The notes under the pieces: generated by a model
What the model was told of the DNA's origin: nothing
Seen by the model: the letters and a program-made list of their open reading frames with translations, nothing else
Database searches by the model: none
In this document: positions 27,301 through 38,579 of the stretch, in pieces
Position numbering within the stretch: the stretch's first letter is position 1
Layout of the letters: every line of letters begins with the position of its first letter
Made by a program: the position numbers and the translations under genes
Origin: Balanoglossus misakiensis
Lineage: Eukaryota; Animalia; Hemichordata
DNA: 64,000 bases
Reading direction: 5' to 3'
Assembly: GCA_040954595.2 (NCBI GenBank)
Contig: CM082593.2
Span: 6,332,172 to 6,396,171, forward strand

Positions 27301-28414
27301 TTCCCACTAAAAATTAAATCTTTTCCAGGAAGAGATTGCTTAACTGACAAAGATTTGACCTGCCCACCCCAAATCAATGGGGTCCGTCCGTTGGACTATG
27401 TTTAATATTGTTGGATTACTTTTTTCGCAGCGCAAAGGGATACATTCAAGAAGGACGCCCTCAATGCCCACAACTCTTATCGCAAGGATCACGGCGCACC
27501 TCCGATGAAGATGACCAAGAAATTGAATAAGTATGCCCAGAGCTGGGCCAACCGGCTCGCGAAGGCTGGTAAGCTGGAACACAGAACAGATAGGAAGTAT
27601 GGAGAATGCATCGCGTGGAAAAGGAGTCAAGATGGAATGACTGGTAAGAGCATAAATTTCTGTTTTCTTTTGCTTTTAGTCACGCTCAGTACAACCGTAA
27701 AGAATTTTTGCGAAGTCCTTTACACGTGGCAGATTTCCCATGAAATACTGATATGGTAATTCATTTTCTTACAACTGCAGGAAGCAGAGCGGTCGAGACA
27801 CTTTACAACGAAATCAGTCAGTACAGCTGGAATCGACCGGGACACACGTCGGGTACAGGTAAGGTACCACCACCACCAACACCACCACCACAAGTTTGAT
27901 GGCCCTGGGTACACATAGGAAAAAAAAACGTCAGTAGTGCATGGAAATATTTAAATATTGGCCAGTCATTTCCCCTAGTTCAATTAACCCGGGGAACAAA
28001 TATCTGGAATACGCAAATCGATCGATTCTTGTCTATGTCAAAGGTCACCTTTGGAACTCCAGCCAATACACAGCCAATACGGCACACTTGGCCAATCGCA
28101 TTCGTTACTTGGGTGGCTACAGGTGCGCCCGCCAATACGCGTACACTGAGTATGTAAATTAGGGTCGCTGGCCCCCAGAAGAGCCGAATCCCCCTTAGTG
28201 GTTGCACACTCAAAAAAGTGAAGTGTAACTTGGATCCTTTTGATAATTGTTAGGTCACTTCACACAAGTCGTGTGGAAGGCGAGTCGTGAGCTCGGCGTT
28301 GGCTACGCTGTGAACCCGAAGGACAGTAAAGACGTCTACGCGGTGTTCAACTACAACCCGCCCGGTAATGTGGCCGGCAAGTACGAAGACAATGTTCTGC
28401 AAAAAAAGACATAG
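21398..28414 (+). CDS. GLIPR2: GAPR-1/GLIPR2-like CAP (SCP) protein, predicted N-myristoylated
   Basis: Exons 21398-21434 (MGQKSSRVSISR, phase-1 GTAAGT donor), 27431-27643, 27781-27858, 28254-28414. CAP motifs LNAHNSYRKDHG, YGECIAW, YNEI..Y, TGHFTQVVWK, YNPPGNV; no signal peptide; MGxxxS N-terminus as in GAPR-1. Confidence 0.85.
21684..21944 (-). repeat. 3' LTR of the copia element
   Basis: TGTTGAGG...CTCCAACA; no difference from 25921-26181 found by eye. Confidence 0.97.
21952..25941 (-). CDS. Copia Gag-Pol polyprotein, 1329 aa (Gag, 2 zinc knuckles, PR, IN, RT, RNase H)
   Basis: CYRCGKIGHKANGC and CEFCRTTTHMTREC; LLVDCGATTH; WHKIMGH..CDTC, DLAG/DDYS/RSDNGTEF/QNGTVER; QMDVKTAYL, YGLKQS, WVDD; DSDWA, EAEY, DNQS, ADVFTK. 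Integrase precedes RT (copia order). Confidence 0.98.
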   Translation of the reverse strand: MNYRTSTGYGPRPRLQFDGDESKYELWEVKFLGHMRLQKLEKVISPEEGDVSAPDPEKNHDAYAELIQCLDDKSISLIIRDSKNDGRKALQILRNHYLGQSKPRVIALYNELTTLSMRDEEDVTDYTIRAENAATALKGAGEEISDSLLIAMILKGLPSRFRTFVAVTTQAETEQTFTKFKMALKSYEETDKGTQVTEGGSRDGGSQHGVMKMHNQRGTSNDGRYGSTRRIKCYRCGKIGHKANGCRQGQKWCEFCRTTTHMTRECRRTRQRQDRDAAKTSKDEDALDADEHSFCFSVSHENLCNFEAKQHSLLVDCGATTHIIKDKFKFVSFETNFDSRKHTIELADGSQSNDVVKGRGNAKVALYDVNGRSHDYILENALYVPSYQQDIFSVQAATGTGASVSFYPNGAHMKVKGTTFDIEKDGRLYFLNKVSCKTASRSLKDWHKIMGHCNIKDIISLEGVSKGFIISDKEKFDCDTCIQGKMTQTFNRVADKRATNPMEFVHCDLAGPIDPVARDGFKYALCFTDDYSGAVFVYFLKNKSDTIIATERFLAQSAPYGVIKKLRSDNGTEFTSDKFRSLMIENKICQEFSAPYSPHQNGTVERSWRTLFEMGRCMLLESKLPKKFWTYAVMAAAYTRNRCYNHRIRMTPFQCITGKKPNLSNLNPFGSVCYAYVQVKSKLDPRCMKGIFVGYDKDSPAYLVYFKEDNSVRRVRCVKFVQELSDNGNVYDDEVIFRKDVTDGTEIKAQGVDKGDIPDDGQISSSSSKENLDDVTQKKGEVKTRPIRISRRPEYLKDYVTVMEDDEKYIHYCYKMCHVPQTYQEAVNSPDKRKWEKAMDDEILSLRENDTFDLVELPKDQNVVGGKWVYNIKMNPDGTEKYKARFVAKGFSQKQDVDYHETFAPTAQMTSVRMLMQLAMNEGLTVHQMDVKTAYLHAPLDCVIYMEQPDGYVTSNKEDMVLKLKKSLYGLKQSGRMWNQMLHTHLINEGFQQSLVDYCVYTKESNGNKIIIIIWVDDIIVAANNDTALIECKASLNQKFNMKDMGVLSWFLAVEFEWGKDCIVMKQTKSVNDMLQRFEMSDCKPKSTPCDPGACKAMNEPSPELVDGRLYREIVGSLIYLMTTTRPDISFIVTKLSQFMSRPTEMHLSMAKHVLRYLKGTKHFGLKYCRSNTEPTLIGYCDSDWAGSDDRKSISGYAFSLSKGGPLISWKSSKQQCVALSTCEAEYIALASAVQEGKFLRQLYSDMHGHTEKTPEIFVDNQSTIALAKNPVYRKRSKHIDIKYHFLRDEVHNSRIVLTYIESECNVADVFTKPVSKSKLNVLNLESSV
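25921..26181 (-). repeat. 5' LTR of the copia element
   Basis: Direct repeat of 21684-21944; contains the ORF start codon and a minus-strand AATAAA. Confidence 0.97.
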
Positions 28415-29788
28415 AATGGCCATCACTAAAATATGACCCCTCTCCGACATTCAATTAACATTCGATGGATCGATTCAACCTTTATGATCAAGAAAGAAAG
28501 TCCAATCGTGTTTTATAGAAATTTGTGTTCTTTTCTGGTAGGCGAAACTGTGATTGGTTGTAGACTAGTATTCATAACACGTGCGCTGTACCGATGTGTA
28601 CTTGTACAACAGAGAGCTTTCTCTGGCCATGTACTCAGTCTTGATCTGTTTGCAGATTTTTATGTGGTAATAAGTGGCTGAATGGCGAAACAATTTAAAT
28701 CCTTTGGTTAAATTCTGTTTGCATTTGTTAGCACTTTTTCTTAGCAATCCTGGAACAAAACAATCGGAGGACATATGATTTTGATTTAGTTTCGTTGACT
28801 ACATGTACGTGTCATGGCTGGAATTGTACTAATGATTTAGTCTGAATGTAGTATAATAATACATTTTAACTTTTAAGACCTATGTTGAACGCATCTTACA
28901 AAACCAATTTTTTTTATGATGTACACGTGTGTGTTTTATTTGGGAAAAATTCTAGCAGTGAACATCAATTGACTTTGAGTTCTCTCTTGGAGGAATCGTA
29001 GCGAATAAATGCATATTAGGGAAACATACAAACTGGACCACAAATCACTCCATTCAGGAGAAGAAGAAAGTATCCACGTATTATCCATATCGATAATACT
29101 GGTCATCCCTGTGCGAGAGAATACCTCAAATCCACCACGATGTTACATGTATGTGGATGACATAAGATTCCTAGGTAGGGTGAAGGTGACATCACTATCG
29201 ACCTATCCGTTCTCATCTCTTTGAATGACGTAAACAGTGTAATTGGACAAGGGAAAGGGATTTTAACTCTGTTTGACTTTCAGACCATGGCAAATACGTT
29301 GTCGCTCTAAAACCACTAAGACCGGCTTAGCAAATTTTCACAAACAATCGATGTGTGGTTTTTCGTTGGCATTGTGGTGATTCTTTATGCTTGCTTGTAT
29401 TTTGGATTTGAAAAAAAACTTCACATCCGCTTTCAACAAGTTTAGGCTGGAACCGTTTGCATCCATGGCTGAGTGTTTGAATACTGTCTACGGTGATCGG
29501 GTATGCTAGCCAGCCCGACGTCAAATCATGGGTACTACCGAAAGCTATAGGGTAGGAACAATTTCCTTTCTTTTATCCAGAGCTATAATTCAGACGATTC
29601 TGGCATTTAAAAAATTGACAAAGGAAGACAAACGGCAGCAATTATGGTTTAATTTAGATGAAATGCCGCGTTGTTTCAACATCACCTAGTGATTCTAGTA
29701 GGCGAAACCACTATCAAGTAAACATTCGCTTCTTAATCAGCACACACGTATTGACATTGCTGGGACGCCATTTTTGTTTTTGGTTACG

Positions 29789-29802
29789 GTAGCCAAGGCG
29801 AC
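29789..29802 (+). promoter_or_regulatory. Candidate RFX X-box upstream of the LRRC74-like gene
   Basis: GTAGCCAAGGCGAC resembles the GTNRCC-N2-RGYAAC consensus (one mismatch), about 165 bp upstream of the ATG. Confidence 0.3.
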
Positions 29803-29964
29803 GTGACGTGGGACCGCGTCCCTTTTAATTTTGACAAATATACGAGAAAATATTGTCCACCGGGAAGCACTCATTTGCAAAAAACTGACAAGGAGGTATA
29901 GACTTAGTCGCAAAGTGCGCGAAGAGGCAGTGTTATTTTTTCGGATCGGTTAAATACTTGCGTG

Positions 29965-31477
29965 ATGTCGCGAATGGAAGAGGACCGCGCAGACGACGTC
30001 GATATTAAAGTTATGGGTGAGTGTATGCACGATTATCAATGTAGTTGAGTTAATTTCCTAGCCGATAAAAAAAATGCAAGCGCAATGTGCGCCAATTTTG
30101 TCGTAAAATCTCCGTTCCCTTCTTTAGAATCTTGGAGGCAGGCAATAATCTTGCTCTCGTCCGCATCTCAGCGAAGAATCTGATATTGAAACGTGATGAC
30201 CAGACTGGCTTCTCCTTCGGGAGAATTTCACATTTATTCTCGGAAAGGAGACTCACGTCACTCTTGTGTTTTTTTCTCGTGTTTAGATCTGGAATATGAC
30301 GAAATCTTGTCCGCTGACGTCACGTTTTCCAAAAGATCGAAACCCAAAGACCTGCCTATATGCTTCACAACGTACTTGGATGCCTGTCGTCGTCTTGGTG
30401 TGGTGCCCTGTCGGAAGTTTCTGCAAAGTTTAAAAAACAGATCAGAACGAATTTGTCTCCAACACTACGGTCTCGGACCTGATGGAGCCCAAGCTGTTGC
30501 CATGGCAATGATGGTGAGTTTTTTTATGAGACTATTATATGGATATTCGGGTCGATACTAAACAGTTCGAAAAACTGCCACGTATAGGTAAAGTTATTGA
30601 TAGCATGATCGCCAATAAACGTAATTTCTTACTTGCTTTATATTACTTCATCATAGTTTTCACAAGACTCTCAAAAGGGAATACGTTTTGATAAATAACC
30701 ACCTTTAATGACTGTCGTCACACTTCCAAATGAATGCACCTGTTTTGGTAAAGCTTTGGCTTGGTCACAATTAAGATGTTCAGTATTACGTGTGATACTG
30801 TCCACGGCGAATCGCCACCACAACATGGGAATGGGCCTACCCGAGGCGGGTATAGTGTGTGTGCATTCCGGGAGTTTGGGAAGGCCAATCCGCACCAGGT
30901 ATCCAGTGGCAGAATCCGCTATAGCGTACGTGCCAATACCAGTGGCAAAAGCCGCCGATACTGCGCGCAAATATCCGTGGCAACGTGCTATGCTCTTGAC
31001 CTCTTAAACCAAGTGACTGTGTTAAAGTTCACCCCAGGAGTGTTCACCTTTGTTCCACATTTCCGCTTTCGATTTTATCCAAAGTTTAATTAAGGCTTGG
31101 CTTTAGTAAACTTGCTTTGAGTTGATGATGACATCACGTGGAGAAAATCGAATGTGAATTTTAAAGGGGTGTTTGGCTCAAGTATGATAGTAGTTCTGAT
31201 CGTTCTACCACCCATCTCTGTTACACGTTTCTGTCATGTTCATGTTTTTTTTTATTATACACAGAGCAACGTATTTTCGACGTATTTAAACCTGGAAGAT
31301 AATGACATCGGGGCATCTGGCGCTATGTACATTGTACAAATGCTGACAGAAAATGTTGGTGTTCAACGATTGGTATGTAATGTGTGAATAGGTTTATGTT
31401 CTATATGTATGTATTCGGTATTTCTGTGCTCTGTCTGTCTGTGCTCTGTTGTCTGTCTGACTGTCTGTCTGTCAGTC

Positions 31478-31516
<39 letters not shown>

Positions 31517-34500
31517 ATCTATGTATGTATCTATGTATGCATCTATGTATGTATCTATGTATGTATCTATGTATGTATCTATGTATCTGTGTTAATTGTT
31601 TTTATTTTATTACTGTATTACAGAATCTCTCGGGAAATAATATTGGCTCTGAAGGCGCCAGATTGATATGTGACGCAATCAATTTGAACAGCAATCTTAC
31701 AAATCTTCAGTTGCGGGGTAAGTCACCTTTGACACTTTGTTCGTCAGGGTAACTGTTAGTCTCAAATTGCAGTTTTTCAAGAAAGAAAAAATCAGATGCT
31801 GGACTCCACGTGCTCATGTCAATTCATTGAAGCCTTTTCTCGGTTTCGTCGACCTGAACTCATTGGTGCGGATAATATCTTACTAAGCGTGAGTGAGTGA
31901 GTGCGTGACTGGTCTACATATATTTTGATAGAGAAAGAATACTTAATTGTACATGTGATAATTTCTCCAGGTAACCATTTCAAAGAATGCGACGCAGTTC
32001 ACTTCGCAGAACTTCTGAAGGTAAGGCTTGCGTGACTTCTTGTTTTTGCCTATCCATCCATAATTATGTATCTTGATATGGACGTGCACATTATGTTGAT
32101 CGTTATGTTTGTTGTGTTGTCGTTTTAGAGTCCAGTGTCGCGAAACCTGAAGGAAATAAACTTAAGCCAAAATCAGTTTTCAGAAAAAGGTGGAGAACTA
32201 CTTGCCTCAGCCATAGGTAAGTAAACCATGGATGTAGGCATCGTTATTTTTGGAAACCCAAATAAAAAGTAAAAACCTATATAATATACTTGTACAAGAA
32301 GCACTCGGAAAACAATTTGAATTAAGAACCTCATTTTTTTTCGGTAAGAACCACGGCTATGCATGAAAATGCCTATTTAAGAACCTTGGTGATTTCGGAG
32401 AGATAAATTACGATAATTGTTAATTTTTAATGGGAAATTGTCATCACATCGACTGAAAATAAGACTTTGTCAGCTAGAACCTTGAGTCGTTTTGACTTTG
32501 TAGGCTGTAATAACGTAAGAACCACGATTTTTCGGTAAGAACCACGATTTTTCGGTAAGAACCACGGCTATGCATGAAACTGCCTATCTAAGAACCTTGA
32601 TGACATGAGAGAGCTATAGAGCGGTAATTGTTAATTTTTAATGAGAAATTATCATCGCATCGACTAAAAGTAAGACTTTGTAAGCTAGAACCTTGAACAT
32701 TTTTTACTTTGTAGGCTGTATAACGTAAGAACCACGATTTTTCGGTAAGAACCACGGCTATGCATGAAAATGCCTATGTAAGAATCTTGGTGATTTCGGA
32801 GAGATAAATTACGATAATTGTTAATTTTTAATGAGAAATTATCATCGCATGATCTATTTTGCATCGACAGAAATCAACAATACATTAATGAAACTCGATT
32901 TGAGTTGGAACCATCTAAGGAGAAATGGGTCAACAGCGATATGCAAAGCATTGAAAGTAAGTCAATCTTCTCAAACAGTAAAACTCAATAAAAGCTTTCT
33001 TTTTGTTGGACTTTCCAGTGTATAACACTTCCTATTCATTTTTTCTGTTTTATGATTTTCCTGCTTCTAGCGATACGCCATTCATTCATTCATTCATTCA
33101 TTCATTCATTCATTCATTCATTCATTCATTCATTCATTCATTCATTCATTCATTCATTCATTCATTCATTCATTCATTCATTCATTCATTCATTCATTCA
33201 TTCACTTGCTTACCGTATCTTCATCCACTTTCTAATGTGTGACAGACAAAGTTTCTGTGGCGCCCTCTTTAAAAGGACATATCTTCTGCATCTTACCCAG
33301 GTGAATACGTCACTGAGCTATGTTGACCTTTCATGGAACGGTCTGGCCGACGAGGGCGCTGCCATACTCTCGGTCGTTCTACGGAAGAATACGACATTGC
33401 GATATTTGGACGTCGGCTACAACAGAATAACCAAAGTTGGAATTGGCAAAATTACTGAAGCTTTAAAATGTAACCAGACCCTCCAGATTCTCAAGGTTTG
33501 TGATTGCATGTCCAAGCAGGGGGCTATTTTATTTTAGTGGACAAGGAAAATTTCAAAACTGGGGAATCAGAGAAAATAGCATGCAGAAAAAAAAAACTGA
33601 ATGAGGAAATTTGGCCAATCAATTGTTCGTCGGTAGCCAGTCGTTTGTGAGGGACTATGCTGCCCGGTTCTTTGTGGTTCGTTTTTGAGGTACATTTATT
33701 GGGGTTTGAAATGCACTTCCATGGTCTATAAACTTATGCTAAAATCCGTTGATTATAAGAAAATATCGATGATGACGTAAACACTCATTGAACACCAATT
33801 GTCTTTTTCAGCTTGCTGGAAATACTATCACGCATTCAGGATCGCTGGCATTGCTAGCTGCCCTGGAGAGCAATATTGGATCGGCGGTTGCACTGCTTGA
33901 CCTGGGAGTAAGTAACATCGCACCCTCAATGGTTTGCTTGTCACTATGTGATTCCGATTTCTCTTGATATTATCCCAGCACTGTGAGTTAGCACATACCA
34001 GAAATCCCAGCAGTTTTTCCTTAATATATTGAAGGTTTGGTGTACAGTGTAATGCCACAATCGCTGTCACTATGTGTTAATAACTAAACTTGTCTCGACT
34101 TCGTTTGAATTTCGTGAACGCTAGACTAAGACTCTCCTAAACATCTGGATTATGTTATTTTCTTTTCATTCCAGAATGTCCCCGTCACCAGGGAATTCAT
34201 CGACCACCTGGAAGAGTTGCAGCTGGAAAGACCTTGCCTTCAGGTCATCCACGGACCCGTTGTCAGGGAGTACAACCCAGCGCACCGAATCATCAAGTTC
34301 AAAGGCCGCACATCGGTCAATCCCGTGAAGGCGCTCACGGATTACGTCGTTCAAAATCAACTGAGATCCGGGGATTTGTTTCACCGGTTTGACAAGAACA
34401 AAGATGGACGGTTGACGAGGTCGGAGTTGAGGCAGGGACTCAGGGTAATGCATTAACTATCTCGGTGTTGCCATGGAGATATCGTTATACCCGCGGTCAT

Positions 34501-35104
34501 GATCGCCATCTTTGCTAGCAAAGGCACGTAGGCCTATATTTGGGCACTACTTTATGCTTAGATACTACGAGGATGTGAGAGGTTTCTGTCTTCAGATTTT
34601 ATGAGCGCATGTATCATTTAAGAAGTAAAGTTAAACATTCTTTCTCCAACTTAGGGTTGAATGAACCAGGAACTGAGGTAATATTTCCTATACCATGTTG
34701 TTCTCTTTGCAGGAAATCGATATTGCGTTGGGTGCAGTAGAAAGGCGCTCACTGTACAATGGGTTCGACAAAACAAACAAAGGTTACATTGATTACAGGT
34801 AACTAGCTCCAATTTCTGTCGTCATTGCTCAAAATTTAAAAAGAAAATTGCAATAAACGGATTTTAATTATATTCGGGATTTTATTTTGTTGTCAGCGAT
34901 TTTGCCTCCACGCTGCAACAGTTTGTCAGTGAAGAGAGAAGACGGCGTGTGAGGTTAGCGTTACGAACTGCAATCGTTGCCACCAGACTGATGACGAGAA
35001 CGAAACCTGTGATCAGGCCCAACGAAACTGATGACGTCTCGGATAACTCGAATGAAACAGATTCGCATTCGGAGTCGAGCTCTAATGACACTGATTCGAT
35101 CTAG
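29965..35104 (+). CDS. LRRC74-like protein (RI-type LRRs plus C-terminal EF-hand pair)
   Basis: Approx. exons 29965-30016, 30287-30513, 31265-31372, 31624-31717, 31971-32020, 32129-32216, 32871-32956, 33301-33495, 33812-33905, 34175-34444, 34713-34798, 34897-35104. Motifs YLDACRRLGVVP..LQHYGLGPDGAQAVA, LDLSWNHLRRNG, VDLSWNGLADEGA; EF loops DKNKDGRLTRSE and DKTNKGYIDYSD. Confidence 0.85.
31430..31590. repeat. Compound microsatellite (CTGT)n/(GT)n/(ATGT,ATCT)n
   Basis: Directly visible. Confidence 0.95.
32335..32850. repeat. Tandem repeat, unit about 200 bp, about 2.5 copies
   Basis: TTTTCGGTAAGAACCACGGCTATGCATGAAA... recurs at ~32338, ~32548 and ~32739. Confidence 0.9.
33079..33204. repeat. 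(CATT)n microsatellite
   Basis: Directly visible; explains the HSFI-repeat pseudo-ORFs. Confidence 0.97.
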
Positions 35105-35189
35105 CGTGGAAATGTTTGGCAACAACACGAATATGTTGCTTATTTTGGCGAAGATAAAAAAAGACCGTCGTGATTAATACGTGTCGTTT

Positions 35190-35232
35190 GAACAAACAAA
35201 CAAACAAACAAACAAACAAACACAAAACAAAC
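35190..35232. repeat. (AAAC)n microsatellite
   Basis: Directly visible in the 3' UTR region. Confidence 0.9.
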
Positions 35233-35713
35233 TAACATTCAATGCATAGTCAAATACAACTGTACCTCAAATTGCACTTCTACTTAAATTTATTTTATGG
35301 CAACATTGCCTTGTAAAGTCGGAATAAAAATATAAAAACATGTAAATTTAGGATTTTCTTGTTTCTGAGAGAGGGTGGGTGGGGAGAGGGGAGAGAGAGA
35401 AAGAGAGTTCATACTTCACCAAATAGCTTTGTCACCAAACAAGATCTTGGAAGATACAGATGAAAGATGTTATTTTGAGTCGACGACTCATGAAACGAGT
35501 TTAATTTCCTTCCATGATGCTTTCGTCTGAAACGTTGCCCTGGATATATAACATCGAGAACAGTGACCCCGATGATAGCCGTGTTGACCGGTCAGTTGCA
35601 AATGATGGACAGTGCTGTCTACTATAGTTAAATATTTACTGGTACAGCGCCAATGACCGACTGACCGTACCCTATTCACACAGTCACCCGCGGTCATGTG
35701 ATCACTGCAGCTC

Positions 35714-35720
35714 TATAAAA
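35714..35720 (+). promoter_or_regulatory. TATA box of the GST gene
   Basis: TATAAAA about 70 bp upstream of ATG 35786. Confidence 0.6.
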
Positions 35721-35785
35721 GCCCAGACTCGCTCGCCACCTCCAGCCGTTGGAGCCCGGTCTTCCTTTTACCTGTATCCGTCACT

Positions 35786-36878
35786 ATGGGCAAGTATAAG
35801 TTTCTGTACTTCGACGCCCGCGGAAGGGGAGAAGGCTGCCGGCTGATATTTGCCGCTGCTGGCGTCGATTATGAAGACGTTCGCATCGATGAAGACAACG
35901 AGTGGCCGGCGGAGAAAAGTTCAGGCAGTAAGTGGAATCACGGGAGTGTAACAAATCTGGGTAGAATTTGAAGTGGTAGGCGGAGTCTGCGCCCCTGTTT
36001 CAGTTTACAAGGAAGTGAAAGTTCGCTTATGAAATGTCCTGAGGAAACGAACTCGTTATTTCGCACTTAAATGACCTGTACCTATATATTTCGCCAGATA
36101 TATTTATGTGACTAGCGAATAACCGAGCATATTTCTTATCATTATCTGTTGGGAGTCGGGGATATCTTAAAGGGCAGAAAAGTACGTTCAGGGCAGAGGG
36201 CTGTTCTAGGAGTCTCCGCGCGTTATATTGACCAGGTGCCACGCTGATTTACAAGCGTCTCGTAAGCTTGCGTCAAATTTGTGACAGGTGCTCTTTCCTC
36301 GAATCGCGACGTTTCTGTTTACACACAAATCTGAAGTGGAAGTGATATAACAAGGAAATCCAAAATATGTTGGCAAGAAAGTTATTTTGCAACCGAGACG
36401 AATGAAGGCCGGGAGGTCAAGAAAGTGCACTGTGGACTGTTATTGGTAAATTTATTATTGCGGGCAAATATTTGCAGGGCTGCTTGGATGTCAGTGCTAA
36501 TTTTGTTGGATTTAAAAGAATCTCGATATGAACGTAAAAAAGGAGTCCAGCATGTGAATTCCTATCTGTGCACTCCAAACGAACAAGCCACCTCGCGTGA
36601 GCCATGCCCTGTATATGAAGTCAACAGGAACCGAGCGACGGTCCACAAGCTATGCAAATTAAATTTTCTCACGTGCACGAGCGTATACAAGAGCACGCCA
36701 TTTGAACCCAATGCCCAACCATGGCCTAAATGACATGTTTCTGTTTTGTCTTCAGAGTATGTGTTCGGTCAAGCACCCTGTCTTCAGGTCGACGGTGTTA
36801 CAATTGCGCAGTCGCGAGCGATAGCACGTTACTTGGCAACACAATTTGGTAAGTAAGAAATATATATGCAGCCCCAAA

Positions 36879-36927
<49 letters not shown>

Positions 36928-37793
36928 AGGAACGGACGGACAGACAGACAGACAAACAGTATCTCGGTGTGTGGATAAAACGGTGGCGTCCATTATCTCA
37001 AACCCACGTTTTTTATCAGGTATGATGGGAGCCTCGGCCTTGGACAACGCCAGAATTGACATGATTGCAGACACCATGGAAGACATGTTCGAAGGCTGGG
37101 CACAGATCATTTTCAAAATCGAGGACGAGAAAAAGAAGGTGGGCGAACGAGCCTGATACGATCAGCGAAAATGATCAGATCACGCTATAAAGCACCAAAC
37201 TGAATAGTCTCGGTTACCCAGACCCCTCTGCTTCTTCCGTTGGAGTGCCCAACGGAAGAAGCAGAGGGGTCTGGGTAACCGAGACTATAAACTGAAATAT
37301 CCTTGGTGAGCTCTGCGAAGGCAACATGCCCCATCAAACGTTTACCACTTTCTATCTTTCCCCCCTTGCAGGCCGAAGCTAAGGACGCATATGAAAACAG
37401 CACCGTGCCGTGTGTGCTGGGAGCGCTAGAGAAAATACTGAAGGAGAACAAAGGAGGTGATGGCTACTTGGTCGGTTCCAAGGTATATCAGTGCATTTAT
37501 TACCTTTATGTGGTGGCGCTCTTACTATAAGCGAAAACATTTGAGAAGAATGTGTTTATTATATCTTGTCCCATTTGAATAATGGATTTCACTGATTAAA
37601 TCCCCGTTTTCGTTTTGTTTTATTTCAGCTAACCTGGGCGGACCTGTTTTTCTACAGTCAGATGGACTTCAACCTCGAGATGAATCCCAAAGTATTGGAT
37701 AGTTATCCCAAATTAAAAGCCCTCAGGAAGAAAGTCGGCGATTTGCCGAAAGTCGCCGCCTGGGTTAAGAAGAGACCCACGACTGAGTGGTAG
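35786..37793 (+). CDS. Sigma-class glutathione S-transferase (HPGDS/S-crystallin family)
   Basis: Exons 35786-35927, 36756-36848, 37020-37138, 37352-37482, 37629-37793. Motifs YKFLYFDARGRGE, FGQAPCLQVDG..IAQSRAIARYLA, YLVGSKLTWADL, YPKL..LRKKV..LPKVAAWVKKRP. Confidence 0.93.
36880..36955. repeat. (GACA)n microsatellite
   Basis: Directly visible. Confidence 0.95.
37205..37287. mobile_element. Perfect-hairpin MITE with TAG...CTA ends
   Basis: About 39-40-bp perfect inverted arms around a 5-nt loop AGTGC; flanks CAAACTGAA / TAAACTGAA (9-bp TSD, 1 mismatch). Confidence 0.8.
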
Positions 37794-38579
37794 TTACTGC
37801 GCCTGCGTTACACAGATAGTCATAAAATGGTTGCACTATGAAGACACATATCCCCCATTATTTAGGACCGGCTAGAAAGTACAGACTTGTGTGGTTGCTA
37901 CAGTTCAACTGCTACCTTGATGGAAATTGATTGTAGAATGGGAATTTTGGCAGGTCAATCGGCATATAGGAAATGATTCGATAACTGCATATCCCTAAAT
38001 CAGAAATTGTTTAGCAAATAGATCAGTGTTCAACACCCAGACATTTTTGTAAGATTGGACGAGGAGATGTGGTTTGTAAACTTATAATCTTTTTTTTTTT
38101 ACTTTAGAAATATGTGTGAGAAAAAGTGAAATTTTGTTGTAAAAAATATGATAATGCTAAAACGTGATGCATGTGTGTATTAATGGTGACTGATCTTTCT
38201 GGAATACAGGAAAACGCGCGGCCAGAATTTCTCTGAAAACACTCTTTGCACGGTCGTGTTTCCTCGTCTGTCAGTGGGGAAAAACGACACCTGGAAACAG
38301 GGTAGGTGGGTTCATGCATGAGTTTAGTTCAACAGGTGGTCGGTGACGACATCGACGGAGGCCACGTGGCCAGGTCTCAGAATCACTTGTGAAACGCAAA
38401 GGCGGCGTCGACCTCGCGTTCCCTTGCGTGTTTCAATGCAGACTGTACTCTGTCTATGGTCTCAAGCTCGCCTGTGAAACACCAGCATCTGCTTCTACGG
38501 TTGTCCCCGCGTCCATCAGCCTTGGCCAGACGCAAAAATTGTCTGATACATCGCCCGGAGTAGGACACCTTCCTCAGTT

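Noticed and set aside
30671-31093. Three overlapping ~100-aa ORFs in an LRRC74-like intron
   Set aside because: No protein motif; probably a non-coding interspersed repeat whose ends I could not define.
33003-33300. ORFs with HSFI repeats, and similar SVCL/QTDR (36752-37156), MYLC (31384-31752) and SLSL (58394+) runs
   Set aside because: Translations of intronic microsatellites.
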